Positions 22,516-31,324 of a stretch of 64,000 bases of DNA are shown here, one piece after another (positions within the stretch are counted from its first letter, which is position 1; every line of letters starts with the position of its first letter). Origin of the DNA: Vulcanimicrobiota bacterium (GTDB taxonomy: Bacteria > Vulcanimicrobiota > Vulcanimicrobiia > Vulcanimicrobiales > Vulcanimicrobiaceae); NCBI GenBank assembly GCA_963714015.1, contig OY970223.1, positions 3,168,001-3,232,000 of the forward strand. The letters are read 5' to 3'. The position numbers and the translations under genes are program-made. Below the pieces are notes generated by a model, which searched no databases, was not told the origin of the DNA, and saw only the letters and a program-made list of their open reading frames with translations.

Positions 22516-22971
22516 CTACGTCCATGATGCAGGCTCCGTTTTCGTTATCGTAATACGCGTATTGCCTACGTCAATATCATCCCCGACTCGGACCTCGATC
22601 CCCTCGTCCCCAACCCTTTTTCCGTTCAAGAACGTCCCGTTGCTGCTGCCGCAGTCGCTCAGATAGAGAACGCCGCCGTCCAGATCGAACCGCGCATGCC
22701 GGCGGCTCACCTCCGGGTCCAGAACGCCGATCTCGGCCTTGCTGGAACGGCCCAGGACGGCCGGCGCACCCTGCTCCAGCTGAACGGCAACGCTGCGCCT
22801 GGAGTCCCCCGGCACGGCCGCGTCCCGCACGGTGAGCGCCAAGTCGATCGCCTTGGCTTTGCGAGCCGGCACGGCTGAAGACGGTTGGAGTCTCGCAGCC
22901 GCGAAGCCGAAAATTGCGAGCGCGGCAACGATCTCCAAGGACCCTATCCGCATGAGCGCTGCAAAATTCAT
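22516..22971 (-). CDS. Membrane-anchored FHA domain protein (FhaB-like)
   Basis: N-terminal TM, LGR...VSRRHA...SSNGTFLNG. Confidence 0.85.
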   Translation of the reverse strand: MNFAALMRIGSLEIVAALAIFGFAAARLQPSSAVPARKAKAIDLALTVRDAAVPGDSRRSVAVQLEQGAPAVLGRSSKAEIGVLDPEVSRRHARFDLDGGVLYLSDCGSSNGTFLNGKRVGDEGIEVRVGDDIDVGNTRITITKTEPASWT

Positions 22972-23633
22972 CGATCGGGCCGCACCACGAATTGCGCCTT
23001 TCCAAATGCGACGACGTCGCCATCCTGAAGCGTCCGCAGCTGCACGCGTTCGCCGTTGACAAAGGTGCCGTTAGTCGAACCGGCATCGCGTACGACGAGT
23101 TTTCCGCCGCGCACGTCGAGCACGGCATGGTTGCGAGAAACGCTCGGATCGACGACGAAGATGTCGTTCTCTTTACTGCGGCCGACGCGCGCCGTTCCGC
23201 GAATCGTAAATTCCGCCTGCTGCATTTTTCCCTCGAGCGCTCGCAGGATGTACGTCGCTGAAGGCTCGGGCATCTCGATCTCGATGGCGCCCGCGACGAC
23301 GTTTTGATCCGAGATCATTTCCACCGCCGGCGCTCCGGACGCCGTACCGAAACCGATCCCGACGCGAGCGGCCACGTCGCCCAGAAGCGCCGCCCATTCC
23401 TGTTCCAGATAACCGCGGTGCGGCAGCAAACGAGTGTAGTCCGCAGGATTGACGCGCACGGTGTACCGGCTCGGCGCGACGAGCGTGCTTTCATTTTGCT
23501 GCGTGCGCGACTCCATGACGGAGACGAGTTTGCGCGCAATCTGCGCCGGTTCCAGATCGCTGGGAAACATGTTCGCGAAGGCTCGTTCGATGAACGCAGC
23601 GCAAGTTTCTTCGATTCGTGAAAACCAGCTCAT
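22968..23633 (-). CDS. DUF3662 + FHA domain protein (FhaA-like)
   Basis: N-terminal 'LEPAQIARKL...LVAPSRYTV', C-terminal VGR..VSRNHA..STNGTFVNG. Confidence 0.85.
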   Translation of the reverse strand: MSWFSRIEETCAAFIERAFANMFPSDLEPAQIARKLVSVMESRTQQNESTLVAPSRYTVRVNPADYTRLLPHRGYLEQEWAALLGDVAARVGIGFGTASGAPAVEMISDQNVVAGAIEIEMPEPSATYILRALEGKMQQAEFTIRGTARVGRSKENDIFVVDPSVSRNHAVLDVRGGKLVVRDAGSTNGTFVNGERVQLRTLQDGDVVAFGKAQFVVRPDR

Positions 23634-23643
23634 AGCGCGTGAT

Positions 23644-24972
23644 TTAGAGTCGTCGTTCCAGCCGCGCGATGAAGAAACCGTCGCGGCCGGCCAGTCCCGG
23701 CGGAATCAACAAATCGCCGGCCGCAGTCTCGAAGTCCGAAAAACGCGCCGGCAATAGCCCGCGCTGCACGTTATGCGTACGTACGAACCACTCGACGACC
23801 TCGGTCGTTTCGCGCGGATCCACGGTGCACACCGCGTAGACGATCGCGCCTCCTTCAAAGACGTGCGGGGCAAGCGCCTCGAGCAGCGCACGCTGCGTGA
23901 GAGCCAACCGTTCGCCGTCGCCCGGTTCCTTCCGCCAGCGGGCCTCCGGATGGCGTCCTACCACTCCGGTTCCGGAGCATGGCGCGTCTATCAGGATACG
24001 ATCGAAACGGCCCTGAAGAATCGGTGCGGCAGCATCGCCGGTTACTACGGCGAGCTGTAAGCCGTATTCGGCGGCGCGCGCTTCGAGAGTACGCGCTTTG
24101 CGGGCGTCCTTTTCGATGCATATCAAGCTTCCGCCGTCTTCCAGCCGCGCCGCGCTTTGCAGCGCCTTGCTGCCGCGGCCGCTGCAGGCGTCAAGGATCG
24201 ACTCACCCGGCTGCGGATTGAGCACGTCGACCACGATTGCCGAAGACTCGCTCTGCGTCCACCACGCTCCGGCTGCTCCGCCCTCTTCCGAACGCGCGAT
24301 CGCGGCATCGGAGATCAGCACGGCATCGCCGGCGAGTTCGGAGAGTTTCGCCTGCGCGCCGCGCTCTACGAACCATCCCGCAATCCGTTCGCGCGTCGTC
24401 TTTGCGCGGTTAACGACGACGCAGGGCTGCGCAGGAGCGTTACACGCCTCGAGAATCACTTCGACCTTATCGCTGCCGAATAGATTTCGCCACTGACGCA
24501 CCAGCCACGTCGGGTACGAATATGCAGTGCCTAGGTAGTCGTCGTCGTCGACGAAAGCGGCCCGATCCGGCGGCGCCGGCCGATCGCGCAGAAAGCCGCG
24601 CAATACGGCGTTCACCAACCCGGCTGTGCCGCGATGACCGTAACGCTTCGCGAGCCCCACCCATTGGCTGACGGTCGCGTGCTCCTGCGCGGCAGTAAAG
24701 ACGATCTCGTAGATCGCCAACCGCAGAATCTCCGCAATCGAATCCGGCAGCGGCTTACTGCGCTCGGCCAAGTATGGACGCAGATACCAGTCCGCGGTCC
24801 GGCGCATCTTGATCGCGCCGAAGGCGAGCAGCGTCGCGAACGCTCTATCGCGCGGCTCGAGCTGCGCTTTTCGCAGCTGATAGTCCAGCGCTTCCTGTGC
24901 AGTGCGCTGAGTGGCCGGCGGCGGTGCGAAGACGTCGCGCGCGACGTGCAATGCGACTTCGCGGGCGGTCAC
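23644..24972 (-). CDS. rsmB: 16S rRNA m5C967 methyltransferase RsmB
   Basis: NusB-like N-terminus (AREVAL, GLVNAVLR), LDACSGRG, DAPCSGTG; GTG start overlaps the fmt stop; follows def-fmt. Confidence 0.9.
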   Translation of the reverse strand: MTAREVALHVARDVFAPPPATQRTAQEALDYQLRKAQLEPRDRAFATLLAFGAIKMRRTADWYLRPYLAERSKPLPDSIAEILRLAIYEIVFTAAQEHATVSQWVGLAKRYGHRGTAGLVNAVLRGFLRDRPAPPDRAAFVDDDDYLGTAYSYPTWLVRQWRNLFGSDKVEVILEACNAPAQPCVVVNRAKTTRERIAGWFVERGAQAKLSELAGDAVLISDAAIARSEEGGAAGAWWTQSESSAIVVDVLNPQPGESILDACSGRGSKALQSAARLEDGGSLICIEKDARKARTLEARAAEYGLQLAVVTGDAAAPILQGRFDRILIDAPCSGTGVVGRHPEARWRKEPGDGERLALTQRALLEALAPHVFEGGAIVYAVCTVDPRETTEVVEWFVRTHNVQRGLLPARFSDFETAAGDLLIPPGLAGRDGFFIARLERRL

Positions 24973-25883
24973 GTCGACTGCTTCTCCCCCGCGATGCGGG
25001 CGTATGCGGACCCCGGCATTACGCCACGATTCGGAGAAATCAATTCCAGTACGTCGACGGCACCGTCGCCGCACCGTATCCTCAACGCTCCGCCGTGAAC
25101 GCCCGCAATATCTCCGGGACGCAGGCCGCTGCGATCGGCAAGTGCGACCTGCGCGCGCCGCACCTTAACCGGTACGCCGTCTATCGTTGCACGCGCCGCC
25201 GGAGCCGGGGCGAATGCCCGCACGGCGTTTACGATGCGCTCCGCGCTCCAGTTCCAGTCGACGGCAAGATCCTCTTTGCGCAGCGGACGCGTAATGCTGG
25301 GCTTTCCGGACTGAGGAACGCGCGGAATGTGTCCGCTTTTCGCCAAATCTATGGCGTGTAAGAGCACCTGGCCGCCGAAACGAGCCAAACGATCGTGAAG
25401 CTCGCCGTAGTTTTCACCGGAAGCAATCGGCGTGCGCTCTTGCAGAACCACGTCGCCGGTATCCATTCCCGCGTCCATGAGCATGATCGTTACACCCGTC
25501 TCGCGCTCGCCCTCGAGCAGCACCGTTTGAATTGGCGTTGCGCCACGGTACTTCGGCAGCAGACTTGGATGAACGTTGAGTGCACCGAGTCTAGGAATGT
25601 CGAGAAGCGCCTGCGGCAATATTTTGCCGTACGAGGCCAGCACGAAAAGATCGTACGGCTCGCTTTGCAGCTCCGCTGCAAATGCGCGAAGTGACGACGG
25701 TTCCCGCACGGGTAGACCAAGTTCCATGGCTGCCGCTTTCACGGGTGTCGGGCGAAGTTTGTGACCGCGGCCGGCCGGTCGATCGGGCTGGGTGACCACT
25801 TGCACGAGCTGCGCGCGTTCGGCTGTTACCTGCAGGCTTGGAACGGCGAATTCGCTGCTGCCGAAGAACACCGTTTTCAGCAT
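24969..25883 (-). CDS. fmt: Methionyl-tRNA formyltransferase
   Basis: FFGSSEFA, VTQPDRPAGRG, NVHPSLLPKYRGATPI, GMDTGD. Confidence 0.95.
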   Translation of the reverse strand: MLKTVFFGSSEFAVPSLQVTAERAQLVQVVTQPDRPAGRGHKLRPTPVKAAAMELGLPVREPSSLRAFAAELQSEPYDLFVLASYGKILPQALLDIPRLGALNVHPSLLPKYRGATPIQTVLLEGERETGVTIMLMDAGMDTGDVVLQERTPIASGENYGELHDRLARFGGQVLLHAIDLAKSGHIPRVPQSGKPSITRPLRKEDLAVDWNWSAERIVNAVRAFAPAPAARATIDGVPVKVRRAQVALADRSGLRPGDIAGVHGGALRIRCGDGAVDVLELISPNRGVMPGSAYARIAGEKQST

Positions 25884-25898
25884 CGCGCGCCGTTGTCG

Positions 25899-26426
25899 TT
25901 ACGCCTCGGCGTGTTCGGCAATCTCCTGCTCTTCTTTCGTCTGCGGCTTGCGGACGTTCTTGGCTTTGTCGACGTACAAGACGCCGTCCAGGTGATCGAT
26001 TTCGTGCTGCAGTGCCTGCGCGAAAAGACCTTTGCCTTCCAGCCGCACCTTTTCCCCGTTACGATCCAATCCGCTTACGGCGACGTGATTGTAGCGAACG
26101 ATCTCGCCCACGAATCCCGGGACCGAAAGACAGCCTTCCGTCATCTCGACTTCTTCCTCGCGAAGTTCGAACTTCGGATTGATTACGACATAGCGCCCGC
26201 CTTCCGGGTGCTCCTCGTCTTCGCCGACGTCCATGACGAAGAACCGCTTCGAAACATTGACCTGCGGCGCCGCAAGACCCACTCCGGGCGCCGCGTACAT
26301 CGTCTCGAACATGTCGTCGATCAGCTGCTGAAAAAGCGGATCCGCGATTTCCTTAGGATTGACCCGTTTGGCGAGCTTGCGCAGCGTCGGATGGCCGTCG
26401 GTAACGATCTTCCGGATATAGGGCAT
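25899..26426 (-). CDS. def: Peptide deformylase
   Basis: GVGLAAPQV, EGCLSVPG, QHEIDHLDG. Confidence 0.97.
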   Translation of the reverse strand: MPYIRKIVTDGHPTLRKLAKRVNPKEIADPLFQQLIDDMFETMYAAPGVGLAAPQVNVSKRFFVMDVGEDEEHPEGGRYVVINPKFELREEEVEMTEGCLSVPGFVGEIVRYNHVAVSGLDRNGEKVRLEGKGLFAQALQHEIDHLDGVLYVDKAKNVRKPQTKEEQEIAEHAEA

Positions 26427-26529
26427 GTCGGCGGGAAGGTTATCCGCGCCGCCGCCCTTGTCTTGCCGAATCGTAATGGGCGCTCACTAGGCCTAGTCGG
26501 GCCTTCGTCGAAGTACGATCATTCGTGAA

Positions 26530-26880
26530 TGCCCCGCGTGGCATTGGACATGACCGCCGACGAGCGCTTAGCGCAGCCGTGGGCGATGACCTTGCACCTT
26601 TGAGCACTGACCGGTGTCGACTATAGTCAACAGCGATTACAGCGATCTGTTGTCCGCATTCAACGACGCCGACGTTGAATACTTAGTCGTCGGGGCGCAC
26701 GCCCTGTCGCTCTACGGATATTTCCGCTATACGGACCATTTTTACGTGTGGGTTCGGCCGGAGGCTGATAACTCCAAGCGCGTTTTCAAAGCGCTCGCAA
26801 ATTTGGCGATCTAATCCGCAATAAGAAAGCTGTCGGCCGTCGAAAAGATTGGGACGATGTGGCTGCTTTGGAAAAACTAT
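26530..26880 (+). pseudogene. Decayed minimal nucleotidyltransferase gene with remnant of a small upstream partner
   Basis: 26614-26814 'DLLSAFNDADVEYLVVGAHALSLYGYFRYTD' stops early. The family C-terminal motif 'NKKAVGRRKDWDDVAALE' follows directly at about 26820-26875. An upstream fragment reads 'MTADERLAQPWAMT'. Confidence 0.6.
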
Positions 26881-27857
26881 GCGAGATCGGAGACTGAAAG
26901 GGCGCTAAGAAGCTCTGCTTCACGCTGCGGCGTCAGTCCGGCCACGAGATTGCCCCGGCGCTTGCCGCCGCTAGTCGCCCATTCCAGCGTGTCCTGCACG
27001 GTTTGACGGAGCGGGCGGATCTTCAAGCCACGCGCGAGTGCCGCGGCAGTATCGGCGTTGACGACGCTGCGCGCCCCTCCGTGCTGCGCGACCCACAGCG
27101 GCAAGTCCGTCCACTGCTGAACGCCGTTCTTGGTTATGAATTCTTCGCCGGCCCATACGAACGCAGCGCCGGAGGTCGTGACCTGAGCACAGGTTTGTAA
27201 AACGTCACCCATCGTGAACATTCCGCGTGGACTGGTTGCGTTATACGTTCCCGAGCCGGTGCGTTCCAGCAAATCCACGATAAACCGCGCAAGATCGCGC
27301 GCGTCGATGAATTGTGTGGGCTCGGATGGAGCAACGGGAGCCAGGACTTCGCCGCCCGCAGCGACGCGAACCGGCCAGTACGTGAAACGATCGGTGGGAT
27401 CGTACGGACCGACAATCAATCCCGGGCGGACGACGGTTGCGCGATGCCGGAACGTGCTGCGTACGATCGCCTCGCACCGAGCCTTTGCGGGTCCGTACTC
27501 GTCGCGCGGCTCGGTCGGAATCGGCGTGTCTTCGGTGATGACGTCGCCGGCAGTCAGATCGTAAACCGAAATCGTCGAGACGAACAGATAACGCGCCGTG
27601 CGCTCTGCGAAATATCGTGCGGAAATTTCAGCGGTCGGCGGTTTGAAGCAGCTCGTGTCGACCACGGCATCCCAGCGCCGATCCCCGAGCCTTCCCAGAT
27701 CGGTCTCACGATTGCCATGGATTTGCTCCGCGGCCACTTGGAAATTCGGTTCGCTGATTCCGCGATTGAACAAGGTTACCGAATGCCCGCGTTCCAGCAG
27801 CGCATCGACGACATGCCGCCCGAGAAAGACCGTCCCTCCAAGAACGAGGACGTTCAC
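26877..27857 (-). CDS. NAD-dependent epimerase/dehydratase family (isoflavone-reductase-like)
   Basis: VLGGTVFLG, FNRG, YGPAKARCE, RPGLIVGPYDPTDRFTYW. Confidence 0.85.
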   Translation of the reverse strand: MNVLVLGGTVFLGRHVVDALLERGHSVTLFNRGISEPNFQVAAEQIHGNRETDLGRLGDRRWDAVVDTSCFKPPTAEISARYFAERTARYLFVSTISVYDLTAGDVITEDTPIPTEPRDEYGPAKARCEAIVRSTFRHRATVVRPGLIVGPYDPTDRFTYWPVRVAAGGEVLAPVAPSEPTQFIDARDLARFIVDLLERTGSGTYNATSPRGMFTMGDVLQTCAQVTTSGAAFVWAGEEFITKNGVQQWTDLPLWVAQHGGARSVVNADTAAALARGLKIRPLRQTVQDTLEWATSGGKRRGNLVAGLTPQREAELLSALSVSDLA

Positions 27858-27936
27858 TTTTTCCGCTTCACACTGAGGATCTCATGATGACCGGAATACG
27901 GTCCCTGCCGGAGACATATCCAATCATAGGAGCTCC

Positions 27937-29349
27937 TTAAAGAATATAACTGCTCAGATCGGCGTTGGTGACGACGTCCTGGAGTTTTTCCTTCACATAG
28001 TTCGCGTCGACGACGACTGTTCCGCCTTGCTCGGGCGCGGCATAACTGACGTCGTCGAGGAGCTTTTCCAGCACGGTATGGAGCCGGCGGGCGCCGATGT
28101 TTTCGCTCTGTTCGTTCACCTGCATTGCGAATTGCGCAAGCTGCTCGATGCCGTCCGGCTGAAAGTCCAGCGTTACGTTCTCCGTGGCCAGCAATGCCTT
28201 GTACTGCTCGGTGAGCGCGTTCTTCGGCTGAGTGAGGATCGTTTTGAAATCGTCGGCGGTTAACGAGTCCAGCTCGACTCGGATGGGGAACCGCCCTTGC
28301 AGCTCCGGAATGAGATCCGACGGCTTACTCATATGGAAGGCGCCCGCGGCGATGAACAAGATGTGGTCCGTCTTGACCGTGCCATATTTCGTATTGACGG
28401 TGCTTCCCTCGACGATAGGGAGAATGTCCCGCTGCACGCCTTCACGAGAAACATCGGGGCCGCGTGAACCCTCACGTCCGGCCACCTTGTCGATTTCGTC
28501 GATGAAAATGATGCCGTTTTCACCCGCGCTTCGGAGCGCCTCGCGTTTGACCGCATCCATGTCGATGAGCTTGGCGGCCTCTTCTTGTTCGAAGATGCGA
28601 CGCGCTTCTTGGACCGTTACGCGTTTCTTGGTGCGCTTCTTCGGCAGAAGGCCGCCGAGCATCTCGCCGATGTCGCCGCCTCCTCCTTGATCGAAACCAC
28701 CTCCGATCACCCCGATCGGTATGCTGGGTGCTTCTTCCGTTTCAACTTCGACCAAACGCACGTCGTAGAAACCGCGTTCGACGTCGGAACGGGCTTGCTC
28801 GCGCACGCGCTGCGCATCGCTGCTGGGCGGCGGAGAGGGCGGCGGAGTTTGCTGCTGCGCGTATTGCCCGCCGAAGATCGAGCCGAGCGTTGCAGCGAGC
28901 GGATTTGGTTGACCCGGCGGCTGCGGCGCTCGCGTTTCCGGATGCAGCAAATCGATGACGCGGTCGACCGCGAGTTTTTCCGCGAGCTCTTTGACTTCCG
29001 CGCGCCGCTCGTCGGTCACCATCCGCACCGCCTGCTCGACCAAATCGCGGACCATCGACTCGACATCGCGGCCGACGTAACCGACCTCCGTGTACTTGGT
29101 CGCCTCGACTTTGATGAACGGTGCTCCGGCGAGTGCCGCGAGCCGCCGCGCAATCTCGGTCTTTCCCACGCCGGTCGGCCCGATCATCAAAATGTTTTTC
29201 GGAATGATCTCCGAGCGCAGGTCATCGCGCACGCGTTCCCGGCGATAGCGATTACGCATGGCGATCGCAACGGCGCGTTTGGCATTGGCTTGGCCGACGA
29301 TGTACTTGTCGAGCTCGGCGACGATAGCCCGCGGCGTCAGCTCCGTCAT
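27937..29349 (-). CDS. hslU: ATP-dependent protease ATPase subunit HslU
   Basis: [46 protein letters not shown]. Confidence 0.97.
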   Translation of the reverse strand: MTELTPRAIVAELDKYIVGQANAKRAVAIAMRNRYRRERVRDDLRSEIIPKNILMIGPTGVGKTEIARRLAALAGAPFIKVEATKYTEVGYVGRDVESMVRDLVEQAVRMVTDERRAEVKELAEKLAVDRVIDLLHPETRAPQPPGQPNPLAATLGSIFGGQYAQQQTPPPSPPPSSDAQRVREQARSDVERGFYDVRLVEVETEEAPSIPIGVIGGGFDQGGGGDIGEMLGGLLPKKRTKKRVTVQEARRIFEQEEAAKLIDMDAVKREALRSAGENGIIFIDEIDKVAGREGSRGPDVSREGVQRDILPIVEGSTVNTKYGTVKTDHILFIAAGAFHMSKPSDLIPELQGRFPIRVELDSLTADDFKTILTQPKNALTEQYKALLATENVTLDFQPDGIEQLAQFAMQVNEQSENIGARRLHTVLEKLLDDVSYAAPEQGGTVVVDANYVKEKLQDVVTNADLSSYIL

Positions 29350-29870
29350 AACGCTTCCACGACGATTTCATCGTTCGTATAGATGCAGATCTCTCCGGCG
29401 ATCTCCAGGCCTTTGCGCGCGATCTCTTCCGCGCTCATGCTCGTGTTGCGCAGCAGCGCCGCTGCTGCTGCTTGCGCGTAAGGGCCGCCGCTGCCGATTG
29501 CTGCGATACCTTCGTCCGGCTCGATCACGTCGCCGTTTCCGCTCAGCACGAGCAAGTGCTCGGAATTGCCGACGATAAGCAGCGCTTCAAGGCGCCGCAG
29601 CGCGCGGTCTTGCCGCCAATCCTTCGCCAGCTCCACCGCAGCGCGCGTGATGTCTTTGTATTCGTTGAATTTGCCTTCGAACTTCTCGAGCAGCGAGATG
29701 CCGTCGGCGGCCGATCCGGCAAATCCGGCGATCACCTTGCCACCCGCTATCCGGCGCACCTTGCGTGCCCCGTGCTTCATGATCGTCTTGTCGAACGTCA
29801 CTTGGCCGTCGCCGGCAACCGCAAGCTTTCCGTCCCGCCGAACCGCCAAAATCGTCGTCGATCGAATCAT
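29346..29870 (-). CDS. hslV: ATP-dependent protease peptidase subunit HslV
   Basis: [34 protein letters not shown]. Confidence 0.97.
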   Translation of the reverse strand: MIRSTTILAVRRDGKLAVAGDGQVTFDKTIMKHGARKVRRIAGGKVIAGFAGSAADGISLLEKFEGKFNEYKDITRAAVELAKDWRQDRALRRLEALLIVGNSEHLLVLSGNGDVIEPDEGIAAIGSGGPYAQAAAAALLRNTSMSAEEIARKGLEIAGEICIYTNDEIVVEAL

Positions 29871-29910
29871 CATCACAGCCTGTGTACCCAGCGAAAATCC
29901 CCCAGGTTGC

Positions 29911-29950
29911 AAAAGAAAACGGGGACGGTTTTCCGCCCCCGTTTCTTATT
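29911..29950 (-). terminator. Intrinsic terminator after the TBDR-lipoprotein operon
   Basis: AAGAAAACGGGG-ACGGTTTTCCG-CCCCCGTTTCTT inverted repeat with A/T flanks. Confidence 0.6.
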
Positions 29951-29967
29951 TGCTCTTACGTCGAGCG

Positions 29968-31308
29968 TTAGGTTGAGGTTGCCAGCCCGCTAGGAGCCGA
30001 TATCGTGATATCATCCTGGTCGTTCGCACCCATGATTGCCGGCGTCTGCTGAGTATTCATCGGGTAGGACGCCTCGTACAGAGGATAGTCCGTGGCAATC
30101 CACACGACTTGGTAGGTGTCGCCGGTTGAACTCGCACCGAGCGCCTTCGAGTTCTGGGCTGCCGTGCAAATCGTTGGACTTGGTGTAAGCGCTGTCGGAC
30201 CAGCGATGGTGAGGTTTGGACCGTTCGTATCAGTCAACGTGACGGTCTGAGGTGCACCCCCATGGAATGCCACCGTGTAGTAATCCGGAAAACCGGATGC
30301 CGGCCCCAAGGTGCCCTGGCAGTTCGGCGTAGCAGCGCCGGGCGCGCCGCCCGGACCGTAGTCGATTACCAGAACATAGCCTTCGGTAACGCCGGCGGGT
30401 GGAGCGATGGCAAACGATCCGCCCCCCGAACCATCCGGAACGAACGTGGGAGCGGTAATCGTTCCCAGCGGCGCGGACCCGGCCTTGATGCTTTGGCTCG
30501 CCGTGTACGTTGCAAAGCCGGACTGACCGGATTGGTTCTGACCCGTCGGGACGGAGACGCCCATAGTGTACGTACCGGCCGGCGGAGTGCTCTTGAGCGC
30601 AACTGCGGTTATTCCCATGTTCCAACCGAGTTCATGCGCGCCGAGGTTGTGCAGACCGTCACGTGTCCCCATGCCGTCCTTGTCTTTAGGATCGTCGAAG
30701 GCCGGCGGACCGCCCCAATCGGTGAACGCATCGGCTGCCGGTCCGAAGATAGGCTGGGTGTAAGGCACGATCGTGTAAGGCGTGGAGCTTGTCGTGTAAT
30801 TGGCCGGTTGAATCCCCATACCGAACACGCCGCCGCTCTGTCCAAACGTCGTCGTATTTGGAGTAGACCCCGGGCACTGTGCTGCTGTATCGCAAATGGG
30901 AGCACCCAGATGAACGGTCTGAGGAGTGCCGCTTAGCACGCCTGTTCCGTAATCTTGCATGCTTGGACCGCCGTCCTGGATCGTCGCATACGGATCGATT
31001 CCGTCGCCACCATCGGGTACCGCCGGCGGAAGCACAGAGGCGAATGAAACCGGCGGACCGCTGGGACCACCGATGGTCGGCGTGTCTACGAGGACCGCGC
31101 TAAGTCCGTTGGCTTGACGGAATGTCGAGACGATGTTGAGACCGTGCGCGTTTCCGGCGAACGTCGCGTATCCGACTGCGAATTGCAGTTTACCGATCGT
31201 CGCTGGATTGACTTGCGTCACCACCGGTGGTGCCGACTGCCCTTGGCTGCAGGCGGCGAGCAGAGAGCTCGCCGCCGACAGCGCAAGGAGCGATTTGAGT
31301 TTATTCAA
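29968..31308 (-). CDS. Uncharacterised lipoprotein co-transcribed with a TonB-dependent receptor
   Basis: Lipobox LLAAC, AGGAGG SD, Gly/Pro/Thr-rich composition. Confidence 0.75.
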   Translation of the reverse strand: MNKLKSLLALSAASSLLAACSQGQSAPPVVTQVNPATIGKLQFAVGYATFAGNAHGLNIVSTFRQANGLSAVLVDTPTIGGPSGPPVSFASVLPPAVPDGGDGIDPYATIQDGGPSMQDYGTGVLSGTPQTVHLGAPICDTAAQCPGSTPNTTTFGQSGGVFGMGIQPANYTTSSTPYTIVPYTQPIFGPAADAFTDWGGPPAFDDPKDKDGMGTRDGLHNLGAHELGWNMGITAVALKSTPPAGTYTMGVSVPTGQNQSGQSGFATYTASQSIKAGSAPLGTITAPTFVPDGSGGGSFAIAPPAGVTEGYVLVIDYGPGGAPGAATPNCQGTLGPASGFPDYYTVAFHGGAPQTVTLTDTNGPNLTIAGPTALTPSPTICTAAQNSKALGASSTGDTYQVVWIATDYPLYEASYPMNTQQTPAIMGANDQDDITISAPSGLATST

Positions 31309-31324
31309 TTGCTCCTCCTAAGAC

